A stretch of 64,000 nucleotides of DNA from Spirochaetia bacterium (GTDB lineage: Bacteria > Spirochaetota > Spirochaetia > SZUA-6 > Bin103). The stretch lies in contig CBDATQ010000001.1 of NCBI GenBank assembly GCA_965199955.1, positions 1,600,001-1,664,000 of the forward strand. Direction: 5' to 3'. Within the stretch, counting starts at the first letter, position 1. Every line of letters starts with the position of its first letter. This document shows positions 21,201 through 30,554 of the stretch, one piece after another. A model generated the notes under the pieces. The model worked only from the letters and a program-made list of their open reading frames with translations. It was not told the origin of the DNA and did no database searches. Both the position numbers and the translations under genes were made by a program.

Positions 21201-21721
21201 CGCCCGGCCGTCTTCGTCGTGATCGACGACGTGGTCACCCGGGAGCCCCGGCCGGTGCAGCTCGCCTTCCACGCGCCGGTGCCCTTCGAGGTGCCGGCGC
21301 CTGCCGAGGCGAACGGCGGCGTGACCGCGGCGGTCGGCAACCCGCCGGCGCTGGCGCGGCTCACCTTCTGCGCGGAGCCCGGCGCCGCCGCTGCCCGGCT
21401 GGCGCGCGCCGATCGCTTCCCGGTCGACCCGGAGCGCTCCGACGAGCAGGAGTACCCCCGCAGTGGCACCTGACTGCGGCGTTCGACGCTGCCGGCCGCG
21501 AGCGGCTACCGGTGACCGTGATCCAGGTCGGGCGCACGGGCGAGGAGTTGCCGCCGGTGCGCGTCGAGCACCACGGCTCGGCAGCCGGGATCGACGGCCA
21601 GCGTGTGGTCGCGGTCGAGATGGACGGGCACACGGCGACGCTGCGGGTGAACGGGTTCGGGTCCTCGCTCGCGTGTGCCGGCCGCGGCACCGCTGCGCTC
21701 GAGGTCTCCGCGCCGCGTTGA
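18222..21721 (+). CDS. Fusion of GH32-like beta-propeller (paralog 4) with a DUF4962/heparinase II/III-like lyase domain; frameshift near 21455
   Basis: N-half 'HLFIDD...HPDNPVL...LRRDGF...LFSFW'. C-half 'HPRVYF', 'DGGWGQG..Y', 'FGD', 'SHSHADQNSFVL', 'LIDSG', 'AHNAVLVD'. The frame stops at 21473, but one extra C in the C5 run gives 'YPPQWHLTA...LEVSAPR*' ending at 21721. Confidence 0.75.
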
Positions 21722-22434
21722 AGCGCGGCGGGAAGGCGGCACGCGCCGCCGTGCTCGGCGCTGCCGCGCTCGCCGGCGCCGAAGGGGCGTTCGCCGCGGG
21801 AGTGCTGGAGGGCCAGGCCGCCACCCAGCGCTCCACGATCGCGGACGTCGCGGAGCTGACGATCCGCACCGACTTCGAGGAGGTGCGGGTGTTCGCGGCC
21901 GACCGGCAGGACGTGGAGGTGGAGCTGTCGGTGTCGGAGCGCATGTCGCGCCGCAACCGGCCGGAGCTGGCCGTGGACCGGGACGGCACCGCAGTGACGG
22001 TGCGCGTGGGCGGCAACGACCTGCCGATCAGCCGCGCCTCGGTGGAGTGGGGGCCGAAGCTGACGCTCTCCGTGCCGGCCGGCGTCGAGCTGACGGTGCG
22101 CACCGGCAGCGGCGCGGTCGTCGTGCAGGGGCTCCGGTCCGAGCGGCTGGAGATCTTCACGGCCAAGGGGGACGTGTTCGTGGGCGACTGCGCCGGGCCG
22201 CTGCAGGTGGCCGGCGGGTCGGGCTCGATACGGGTGGCGCGCTCGGACGGGGACAAGCGGCTCAGCTCCACCAGCGGCACGATCGAGGTCGTCGACTCCC
22301 GCGGGGCTGTGATCGCGCGCACCGACAGCGGAGCGCAGCGGTTCCTCCGTATCGAAGGCGACCTCACCGTGCTGCGCGGCACCGCACTCGCAGTCTCCGA
22401 GCATCGAGGCCGCCTGATCGTCGAGGATCGCTGA
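21718..22434 (+). CDS. DUF4097 family beta-strand repeat protein (putative adhesin-like)
   Basis: TTGA overlap start; signal peptide; repeated 'TGSGAV', 'TAKGDV', 'GSGSI', 'TSGTI' units. Confidence 0.7.
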   Translation: MKRGGKAARAAVLGAAALAGAEGAFAAGVLEGQAATQRSTIADVAELTIRTDFEEVRVFAADRQDVEVELSVSERMSRRNRPELAVDRDGTAVTVRVGGNDLPISRASVEWGPKLTLSVPAGVELTVRTGSGAVVVQGLRSERLEIFTAKGDVFVGDCAGPLQVAGGSGSIRVARSDGDKRLSSTSGTIEVVDSRGAVIARTDSGAQRFLRIEGDLTVLRGTALAVSEHRGRLIVEDR

Positions 22435-22488
22435 GCCAGGAGCGACGCGTTCCGTTTCCCCGCGGTAGCGTGGTACCGTCGGGGCCGC

Positions 22489-23679
22489 ATGGCCACCACG
22501 CAGGAGGCCGCGCCGCCAGAGGTCCATACCGCGCGCCGCGGCCTGTTCGGCCGCCAGCGCCTCACCGAGGAAGAGAAGCGCGAAGCCTTCTTCACGGCCA
22601 CGCAATGGCGCCTGATGTGGCTCAAGTTCCGCAGCCACCGCTGGGCGCTGTGGGGACTCCTGGTCATCTCCGTGTTCTACTTCGTGGCGATCTTCGCCGG
22701 CTTCTTCGCCACCAACGATCCGGTCACGCGCCGACCCGAGTACCAGTACCTGCCGCCGTCGATCCTGGGCAAGGCGCGCTCGTTCCGGCTGTTCGACCAG
22801 GAGGGCAGCTTCCGGCCGGTGATCTATCCGGTGCGCACCAAGCTCAACCTGCAGACCTTCGAGCAGGATGTCTTCCCCGACCTGGAGAACGAGCGGCCGC
22901 TACGGCTGTTCGCCAGGGGCGACCCGTACACGCTGTTCTTCATCATAGAGAGCGACATCCACCTGTTCGGCTCGGGCGACCCCGAGGTGCGCTGGTTTCC
23001 GCTCGGCACCGACGGCTCGGGCCGCTGCCTGTATTCGCGCATGGTGCACGGCGCCACCCTATCGCTGTCGATCGGCATCCTGGCGATCGCCATAAGCTGG
23101 GTGCTGGGCGTCCTCATCGGCGGGATTTCCGGCTACTTCGGCGGCATCGTCGACAACGTCATCCAGCGGATCATCGAGGTGCTGATGTCGTTTCCGACCC
23201 TGCCGCTGTGGATCGCGCTGTCCGCCGCGCTGCCGCTGCATTGGACGGTGGTGCAGGTCTACTTCGCAATCACGCTGATCCTGTCGGTCCTGGGCTGGAC
23301 GGGGCTGGCGCGGGTGGTCCGCAGCAAGTTGCTGGCCGTCCGCGAAGAGGAGTTCGTGCTGGCGGCCACCCTGGACGGCTGCCAGCGCCCGCGGCTGGTG
23401 GCACGCCACATGCTTCCGGCGTTCGCCAGCCACCTGATCGTGGTCGCCAGCAACCAGGTGCCCGGCATGATCCTGGGGGAGACGGCGCTGAGCTTCATCG
23501 GCGTCGGCCTGCGGGCGCCGGCGGTAAGCTGGGGCGTGCTGCTGAGGGAGGCACAGAACGTGCAGTCGGTGGCCCTTCGCCCGTGGCTGCTGCTGCCGGC
23601 GCTGCTGGTGGTGTTCACGGTGGTGGCGTTCCAGTTCCTGGGCGACGGCATGCGCGACGCGATGGATCCATACCGGTGA
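22489..23679 (+). CDS. Peptide/sugar ABC transporter permease (DppC-like)
   Basis: 'ATQWRLMWLKFRSH', 'LGTDGSGR', 'WTGLARVVRS', 'ETALSFIGVG', 'FLGDGMRDAMDPY'. Confidence 0.92.
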   Translation: MATTQEAAPPEVHTARRGLFGRQRLTEEEKREAFFTATQWRLMWLKFRSHRWALWGLLVISVFYFVAIFAGFFATNDPVTRRPEYQYLPPSILGKARSFRLFDQEGSFRPVIYPVRTKLNLQTFEQDVFPDLENERPLRLFARGDPYTLFFIIESDIHLFGSGDPEVRWFPLGTDGSGRCLYSRMVHGATLSLSIGILAIAISWVLGVLIGGISGYFGGIVDNVIQRIIEVLMSFPTLPLWIALSAALPLHWTVVQVYFAITLILSVLGWTGLARVVRSKLLAVREEEFVLAATLDGCQRPRLVARHMLPAFASHLIVVASNQVPGMILGETALSFIGVGLRAPAVSWGVLLREAQNVQSVALRPWLLLPALLVVFTVVAFQFLGDGMRDAMDPYR

Positions 23680-23701
23680 CGGCTGACCGGGTCGCCCGCT
23701 C

Positions 23702-24697
23702 ATGATCACCTTCCTGGTGCGCCGGGTCTTCATCATGATCCCGACGGTGGTGCTGATCTCGGTGATCTCCTTCCTGGTGATCGACCTGCCGCCGGGCGAC
23801 CTGGCCAGCTCGTACGTCGCGCGCCTGGAGCAGTCCCAGGAGGTCTTCAGAGACGAGGCCGAGGACATGATCGCCGAGTTGCGCGCCCGCTACGGACTCG
23901 ACGATCCGTTCTTCGTGCGCTACTTCAAGTGGGCCAGCCGCTTCGCCCGCGGCGACTGGGGCTTCTCCCTCCTGTGGAACAAGCCGGTGCGGCTCCTGAT
24001 CCAGGAGCGCGTCCTGCTCACCGTCTCCATCGCGCTGCTGACGCTGATGCTCAGCAGCGCGATCACGTGGCCGGCCGGGGTGGGGGCCGCGCTGCGCCAG
24101 TACTCGCTGTTCGACAACATCTTCAGCTTCACCGCCTTCTTCATGATGGCGATCCCGAACTTCCTGTTCGCGCTGATCCTGATGTACCTTGCCTACGAGT
24201 GGTTCGACTACCAGCCGGGTGGCCTGTTCTCTCCGGACATGGTCGACGCGCCGTGGGGCGTGCCCAAGTTCCTGGACTTCCTGGCGCACATCTGGATGCC
24301 GCTGGTGGTGCTGGGGTTCGAGTCGATCGGCGGCGGCCTGCGCACCATCCGCGCCAACGTGCTGGACCAGCTCCGCATGCCGTACGTGACCACGGCGCGC
24401 GCCAAGGGCGTGCCGGAGACGCGGCTGCTGGTCAAGTACCCGATCCGCATGGCGGCCAACCCGTGGATCTCCACCGTGGGCTGGATCCTGCCGGGTCTGG
24501 TGGCAGGCGAGGTGCTGGTCTCGATCGTGATCGGCCTGCCCACCATCGGACCGCTGATGCTGGAAGGGCTGGTCAACCAGGACATGCAGCTCGCCGGCGG
24601 CATCCTCATGCTGCTGGCCACCCTGACGGTGATAGGCACGCTCATCTCCGATCTGCTGCTGGCGGTGCTCGACCCGCGCATCCGGATCACCGAATGA
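23702..24697 (+). CDS. Peptide/sugar ABC transporter permease (DppB-like)
   Basis: 'IDLPPGD', 'YGLDDP', 'YVTTARAKG', 'LLAVLDPRIR'. Confidence 0.92.
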   Translation: MITFLVRRVFIMIPTVVLISVISFLVIDLPPGDLASSYVARLEQSQEVFRDEAEDMIAELRARYGLDDPFFVRYFKWASRFARGDWGFSLLWNKPVRLLIQERVLLTVSIALLTLMLSSAITWPAGVGAALRQYSLFDNIFSFTAFFMMAIPNFLFALILMYLAYEWFDYQPGGLFSPDMVDAPWGVPKFLDFLAHIWMPLVVLGFESIGGGLRTIRANVLDQLRMPYVTTARAKGVPETRLLVKYPIRMAANPWISTVGWILPGLVAGEVLVSIVIGLPTIGPLMLEGLVNQDMQLAGGILMLLATLTVIGTLISDLLLAVLDPRIRITE

Positions 24698-24710
24698 GCG
24701 AGGCGACGGC

Positions 24711-26675
24711 ATGGACGTTCGCGACGACCTGGCTCTGATCCCGCGGCCAAAATCGGTCTGGCGCCTGCCCGGCACGGCGCGCGGGGTGCCGGAGCTGAAG
24801 GCGGGGCCGGAATGCGCGGAGGCCGCATCGGTCTACGCCGAGTGCGCGGCGGAGCTGCTGGGAACCGGCCAATCCGGTTCGGGGGAGGCCGGCTCCGGCG
24901 CGGTGCGCATCCCCGTCCACCTGTCGCTGCGCCCGCCGCCGCCGGCCGGCGACCACGGCCCGGAGGCGTACCGGCTCGGCGTGGCCGGCGAGGGCGGCAT
25001 CGAGGTGCGCGCCGCATCGCACGCCGGCCTGGTGTACGGCATCCACACGCTGCTCTCCCTTGCCCGTCCGCGCGGCGGAACGGTGGAGTTGCCGTGCTGC
25101 GTGATCGAGGACTGGCCCGACTTCCGGCTGCGCGGCCTGCAGGACGACCCGGCGCGCGGGCAGGTCTCCACCGTGCCGGGCTACGAGCGCCTGATCCGCG
25201 AGCTATCCCGCCTGAAGTACAATGTGCTCACCTTCCACACCGAGGATCTGTTCGCCTTCGAACGCTACCCGACCCTGGGCCGCGCGCACGGCGCCATGGA
25301 CGCCGGGCAGTGGCGGCATCTGGTCGAGTACGGCCGGCGCTACGGCGTCGAGCTGTTCCTGACCTTCCAGACGTTCGGCCACGCCGGCCGCGTGACCGGC
25401 ATGCCGGAGTTCAATCACCTGTCCGACCTGGAAGGCGGCGCCAGCCACTACTCGCCCGCGGTGCCTGCCACCTACGAATTCATCGGCGACCTGCTGGAGG
25501 AGCTGGCGGAGGTGTTCGACGGCGACACGGTACACGTCGGCTGCGACGAGGTGGCTCTGAGCGACCACGGGCTGCGCTCCAGCGCGATGGTGCGCGAGCG
25601 GGGCGCCGCGGCCGTGTACGTCGACCACGTGCGCGCGGTCGCGCGCCTGGCGCGCAGGCACTGGCGGCGGGTGCTGTTCTTCGCCGAGTTCGCCGACAAC
25701 CGCTACCGCCCGGACGTGCAAGGAGCGGACGACGACATCCGTGCGCTGCGCGACGAGGGCCTGTCGTTCGTGAACTGGAACTACTACGACGTGCAGCCGG
25801 AGGAGTACTTCCCCTTCCTGCACAAGCTGCAGCGCCACGGCGTCGACCAGGTGATCTCGCCCGGGGTGTGGACCTGGCGGCAGCTCTTTCCGAGCTTCGC
25901 GCAGACGCGGGAGACGCTGCCGGTGTTCACGCGGCTCGGCTTCCAGGAGGGGATCACCGACAGCATCACCTGCGCGTGGAACGACACGCGCGACTGCTTC
26001 CGCGAGCTGCACTGGCTGAACTACGCGTTCGCCGCCGAGCACCAGTGGAACGGCGCCCCGCGGGTCGAGGCCGACGAGCCGTTCATCGCCCGCTGGGCGG
26101 AATGGTTCTTCGGCGCGCCTGCGGACGCGCTCGCGCGCGCCCACGAGTGGCTGGGCGGCCTCAACGCCAAGGCGTTCGCCGCCGCGCGCCACGACCACCG
26201 CTACCCGCGGGAGTTCAACTGGCGGCCGATGTCCGCGCACGCCGTGTTCTGGAATGAGCCCGTCCCCGGCGCCGGCAGCGCGGCGGACGCGAAGGCCTCC
26301 GAGCGGTTGGCCGGGGAGGCGCGTGCGCTCCAGGGCGAGGTGACCGCCGCCGCGCCGTCGCTGCCGCGCAACCGGGCGGTCGCCGAACTCGTGGCCTACG
26401 AGTTGCGCCGCGCCGCCTGGCTGTTCGACAGCGTGCGCTTCGTCTCGGACCCGGACACCGGCGCCGCCGGCCGCCTCGCGCATGAGCTGCGACAGCTCGG
26501 CCGTGACTTCGTGCCGCTGTGGGACGCGACCAACATCCCGCAGGGGCGGGAGGGGATCGACGAGCGGTTCGCCAAGCTGGTCGGGCTGTACGAGCAGGAA
26601 GCGCGGGCGATCACGCCGTGGGACGGCGGATGGGGTCCGGCGCGGCGCATGCAGACCGGCCCCCATCCGATGTAG
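24711..26675 (+). CDS. GH20 beta-N-acetylhexosaminidase-like protein
   Basis: 'LIPRPK', 'EAYRL', 'IEDWPDFRLRG..DPARG', 'QTFGH', catalytic 'VHVGCDE'. Confidence 0.88.
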   Translation: MDVRDDLALIPRPKSVWRLPGTARGVPELKAGPECAEAASVYAECAAELLGTGQSGSGEAGSGAVRIPVHLSLRPPPPAGDHGPEAYRLGVAGEGGIEVRAASHAGLVYGIHTLLSLARPRGGTVELPCCVIEDWPDFRLRGLQDDPARGQVSTVPGYERLIRELSRLKYNVLTFHTEDLFAFERYPTLGRAHGAMDAGQWRHLVEYGRRYGVELFLTFQTFGHAGRVTGMPEFNHLSDLEGGASHYSPAVPATYEFIGDLLEELAEVFDGDTVHVGCDEVALSDHGLRSSAMVRERGAAAVYVDHVRAVARLARRHWRRVLFFAEFADNRYRPDVQGADDDIRALRDEGLSFVNWNYYDVQPEEYFPFLHKLQRHGVDQVISPGVWTWRQLFPSFAQTRETLPVFTRLGFQEGITDSITCAWNDTRDCFRELHWLNYAFAAEHQWNGAPRVEADEPFIARWAEWFFGAPADALARAHEWLGGLNAKAFAAARHDHRYPREFNWRPMSAHAVFWNEPVPGAGSAADAKASERLAGEARALQGEVTAAAPSLPRNRAVAELVAYELRRAAWLFDSVRFVSDPDTGAAGRLAHELRQLGRDFVPLWDATNIPQGREGIDERFAKLVGLYEQEARAITPWDGGWGPARRMQTGPHPM

Positions 26676-26683
26676 AAAGCGCC

Positions 26684-28339
26684 ATGGCAGCGGACAGGAC
26701 GAAAGGCCGGCTCAAGCGCGACTACCGCATCACCTGGGTCGACGACAGCGGCATCGGCGCCCACATGGTCAACCCGCCGATCTCCCCGCAGCGGTTTCGG
26801 CACGTCATCGTCGGCGGGCTCGTGGGGACCCAGGTCGACGCGTTCGTGTGCACGGTCGGCAACGGGGCTGGTTACACCACCTCGTACCCGACCGAGGTCG
26901 ACGGGATGGAGTTCATCGTCGACCGGCTGGAGGCCGGCGCGAAGCTCGGCGGCGTGGAGCTCTGGCGCGGCGCCGAGAACCTGCGCTCCCTGTGGGCCGC
27001 GGGCCACGACCCCCTGCAGCTCGTGCTCGACGAGTGCAGGCGCACAGGCATCGACTTCTGGCTGCAGCTCAGGATGAACGACTGGCACCACGTCGACACA
27101 TCGTCCGGCGAGATCTATCGGCTGATCGGCAGCGAGTGGTACGAGCGGCACCCCGAGTACCTGATCGGCGACGAGGGGGCGGCCGGGTGGCCCGAGGAGC
27201 TGGCCACCTCCCTGCGGTGGTTCCAGGATTTCGCGCACGAGCCGGTGCGCCGCATCCGGCTCGCGGTCGCGGCGGAGGCGGTCGAGCGCTACGACGTCGA
27301 CGGGTGGGAGTACGACTTCGTGCGCTGCCCCGGCCTGTTCCGCTACGGCCGGGAACGGGAGCATGCCGGCCTGGTCACCGAGCTGATCCGCGACACGCGC
27401 GCGATGCTGGACGAAGCGGCGCGCCGACGGGGACGCCCGCTCGGCTTCTCGGTGCGCGTGCCCAACACCATCGAAGGCTGCACGATGCTGGGCCTGGACG
27501 TCGTGCAGTGGATGGAGGAGGAGCTGGTGGACATCGTCGTGCCGTGCTCGTTCTTCGCCCAGCACATGGAAGAGGACGCGGCGCCGTGGGTGGCCGCGGC
27601 AGCCGACACCGCGGTGCGCATCCACCACGGCATGGACTCCGCCTACCAGACGGGCGACGTGCTGGGGCGCGGCGTCCCCTATTACCAGGTGCGCGACTCG
27701 TATATGCAGGGCCTGACGCCGGAGCTGATCCGCGGCATGGCCGCCCGGCACTGGCGGGCCGGGGTCGACGGCATCTACCTCTTCAACGGCCCGGGCGTCC
27801 TCAGAGGCTACGACGTCGACGCCAGGGAGGTGCTCGACCAGGCCGGCTCACCCCGGAGCCTCCGGCACCGGGACAAGCGCTACGCCGTGATGCGCCGCAC
27901 CGGGTCGTTCCCGAACTGCTATCCGCAGCAGTACCTGCTGCCCGCGGAGCTCGGGCCCGAGCCCGCGATCTTCCCGATCGACGTCGCCGACGACGTCGCA
28001 GACGCCGGCGCGCGGATCGACCACGTGCACCTGGAGCTGCTGCTGAAAGCGCCCTGCCACCTGGACGAGCTGACCGTCACGTGCAACGGCTCACCGCTGC
28101 CGTGTCTCAATCCGCTGGAAGCGGGCAAGCCGGCCCCCGACTTCAGGGTCTGGCTGGTCTACGACCTCGCCGGTGCCCCGCCCAGACAGGGCCGGAACGA
28201 GGTGGCCGTGTCGGTGAGGCGAGCGGCTCGCCTTGTCGCGGAAATTCCCCTGGTGCTCACCGACCTGGAACTGTCCGTCCGCTACCGGTACCCTGACGGC
28301 CCGTTCCGCGAGCCGCCGGGGTACATGCCCCGGACCTGA
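26684..28339 (+). CDS. Glycosyl-hydrolase-like TIM-barrel protein (GHL10-like), paralog A
   Basis: 'LRMNDWH', 'HPEYLIG', 'DFAHEPVR', 'YDVDGWEYDFVR', 'GVDGIYLFN'. Confidence 0.7.
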   Translation: MAADRTKGRLKRDYRITWVDDSGIGAHMVNPPISPQRFRHVIVGGLVGTQVDAFVCTVGNGAGYTTSYPTEVDGMEFIVDRLEAGAKLGGVELWRGAENLRSLWAAGHDPLQLVLDECRRTGIDFWLQLRMNDWHHVDTSSGEIYRLIGSEWYERHPEYLIGDEGAAGWPEELATSLRWFQDFAHEPVRRIRLAVAAEAVERYDVDGWEYDFVRCPGLFRYGREREHAGLVTELIRDTRAMLDEAARRRGRPLGFSVRVPNTIEGCTMLGLDVVQWMEEELVDIVVPCSFFAQHMEEDAAPWVAAAADTAVRIHHGMDSAYQTGDVLGRGVPYYQVRDSYMQGLTPELIRGMAARHWRAGVDGIYLFNGPGVLRGYDVDAREVLDQAGSPRSLRHRDKRYAVMRRTGSFPNCYPQQYLLPAELGPEPAIFPIDVADDVADAGARIDHVHLELLLKAPCHLDELTVTCNGSPLPCLNPLEAGKPAPDFRVWLVYDLAGAPPRQGRNEVAVSVRRAARLVAEIPLVLTDLELSVRYRYPDGPFREPPGYMPRT

Positions 28340-28373
28340 TCTCCGCCGGCCCCTTTTGCCCCGGCGCCTGCGC

Positions 28374-30065
28374 CTACCTGCCCGCCAGCGCCAGGCGAGG
28401 CAGCCGCTCGCGGCTGCCGGAACCGTTGGCGACGTCGCCAGTCGGGTGCTCGTAGCGCACCTCGATCTCGGCGTCCTCGATGCTCAGCGGCAACTCCGCG
28501 GACGTCCGCTCGTTCACCCGCAGGGCGCGCACGGTCACGGTGTTGGCGCCGGGGCGCGGGCGGTGTCCCATCAGGTCGTAGATCTGCCACCGGCTGATGG
28601 TCCCCATGCGGGTGCTCGGCCGGATCCGGTTCACCGGCGGAACCTCGCTGCCGTTCAGCGTGACCTCCAGGCGGTCCATGACGCTCAGGTTGTCGACGTG
28701 GAGGAGCAGCCGGCAGGAACGGACCACGTCGCCGGCCGCCGCCACGTCGTCGGCGACGTCGAAGGTCAGCTCGGTGACCTCGCGCGTGACCGGGGCCGGA
28801 ATCTGCCACTCGGTGCGCAGGCAGTTGGGGAAGCTCCCGTTCGTGCGCATCAGCGCAAAGGTCTTGTCGCGATGGCGCAGCCGCTCCGGATCGGCGACGT
28901 CATTGACGGCATTCGGCCCGAAGTCGTGCTTGGAGCCGTAGGTGAGGGCGCTGCCGAACCAGTTGAAGACGTAGAGCCCGTCGACGCCGCGGGCATGGTG
29001 GCGGGCGGCCAGGCCGCGCACCATCTCGGTGGTCATGCCGGTCATCATCGGCGGATTGTAGAACCAGCGGTTGTGGCCATCGGTGTGGCCGGCCAGGTAC
29101 CCCTCCTCCAGGCAGGCGATGATGCTGGCGCGGGAGTTCCGGCCGAGCTCCACCCACTCGCCCGCGTCGTGCTCCATCTCCTGGGCGAAGAAGGGTGCGG
29201 TCACAAGCACGTCGACCAGCTCGTCGGCCACCCACTCGTCCACGTCCAGGCCCAGCCGCCGCGCGCCGTCGATGGTCGTCGGCACCCGCACGGCAAGGCC
29301 GACGTGACGGCCGCGGGTCCTGCCCACCTCGTCCAGGCCCACCCGCGTCTCGCGGAGCATGCGCGTGATCAGGTGAGCGTTCTTGCGCTCCTCGCCGAAG
29401 CGGAAGTAGCCGGGCACCCGCATGAAGTCGAACAGGAAGCCCGTGCAGTCGTAGCGCTCGCACACCTCGATGGCGATGTCGCGGCGCAGCGCTCGCACCT
29501 CGTCGTGGGCGAAGTCCTGCAGCCAGGTCATGGTCTGCTGCAGCGACGGATGGTCACTCCAACCGGCGGCTCCCTCCGCGCCGATCAGGAGGTCGTGCCG
29601 CTCTTCGTAGAAGGCGCTGCCGCCGAGCCGATAGACATCTCCGGTGGTCGAGTCGACGTGGTGCCAGTCGTTCATGCTGATCCGCAGCCAGGGATCGACC
29701 CCGATGCGCCGGGCTCCCTCGACCTGGATGGCGAGATGATCGAGGCCGGCCTGCGAGGATTGCTTGAGGTTCTCGGCGTGGTTGAAGTAGCGCAGGTCGC
29801 CGAGCGCCGCGCCGCGCTCATAGCGGTCGACCAGGTACTCCATGCGCGTCTTCTCTGACTTGAACGCGGTGACGTAGCCGGCGTCGGGACCGATGCCGGC
29901 CACGTAGGCGTCCACGGCGCGGCCGGAGAACTCCCCGAACTGCGCCATCTCCACCGTCTCCGGCGTCATCGGCGGATGAAAGGTCGACTCGAAGGTGTGG
30001 TTGATGTCCCACATGAGCCGGTAGTGGCGCCCGAGGGGGCCGGCCGGCTTGCCGCTGTGTGCCAT
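28374..30065 (-). CDS. Glycosyl-hydrolase-like TIM-barrel protein (GHL10-like), paralog B
   Basis: 'ISMNDWHHVD', 'DFAHDEVR', 'YDCTGFLFDFMR', 'GVDGLYVFN'. The track ORF is over-extended; start at 30065 or 30071. Confidence 0.7.
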   Translation of the reverse strand: MAHSGKPAGPLGRHYRLMWDINHTFESTFHPPMTPETVEMAQFGEFSGRAVDAYVAGIGPDAGYVTAFKSEKTRMEYLVDRYERGAALGDLRYFNHAENLKQSSQAGLDHLAIQVEGARRIGVDPWLRISMNDWHHVDSTTGDVYRLGGSAFYEERHDLLIGAEGAAGWSDHPSLQQTMTWLQDFAHDEVRALRRDIAIEVCERYDCTGFLFDFMRVPGYFRFGEERKNAHLITRMLRETRVGLDEVGRTRGRHVGLAVRVPTTIDGARRLGLDVDEWVADELVDVLVTAPFFAQEMEHDAGEWVELGRNSRASIIACLEEGYLAGHTDGHNRWFYNPPMMTGMTTEMVRGLAARHHARGVDGLYVFNWFGSALTYGSKHDFGPNAVNDVADPERLRHRDKTFALMRTNGSFPNCLRTEWQIPAPVTREVTELTFDVADDVAAAGDVVRSCRLLLHVDNLSVMDRLEVTLNGSEVPPVNRIRPSTRMGTISRWQIYDLMGHRPRPGANTVTVRALRVNERTSAELPLSIEDAEIEVRYEHPTGDVANGSGSRERLPRLALAGR

Positions 30066-30084
30066 GGCCATCGATGGTAGCCGC

Positions 30085-30495
30085 CTACGGATCGAACTGC
30101 CACTGCGCCGGCAGCGATTCCGGGAACACGGCCTCGGCGTAGTAGATGCCGGCGGCCTCCTGCTCGACGGGAAGCACCGGCACACCCACCTTGGCCGGAT
30201 CGTTGGTGGCGACCGGCCGGAGCCGATGCGCGATATGAATCCCGTGCCGGGATCGATGGAGCGCGCGTGGCGGCCCCATATGGCGACGAAGTGGCCTGCG
30301 GCCGGGTTGGCTCCGGCTCCGGTCGGCACGCCGAACACCACCAGGTGGAAGTGACCCTTGACGTGCGGCCTTCCGTCCCCGAGCGCGTCCCAGTCGTCGA
30401 CCGACCGTGTGCGAGCACGCCCTCCGCGCGCAACGGCCCGTCGTAGGCGCGTGCGCGGAGCTGGTAGATGACGCTGCAGTTGTCGTCAGTGTCGC
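30085..30495 (-). pseudogene. Degraded remnant of an unidentified gene
   Basis: Three frame-shifted protein-like blocks: 'DDNCSVIYQLRARAYDGP', 'DDWDALGDGRPHVKGHFHLVVFGVP', 'TNDPAKVGVPVLPVEQEAAGIYYAEAVFPESLPAQWQFDP*'. Confidence 0.3.
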
Positions 30496-30554
30496 GCCAT
30501 TATGATAGATATATCCGGCTGATGGGAGATAGAGTCGGGCAAGGGAGGACTGCG

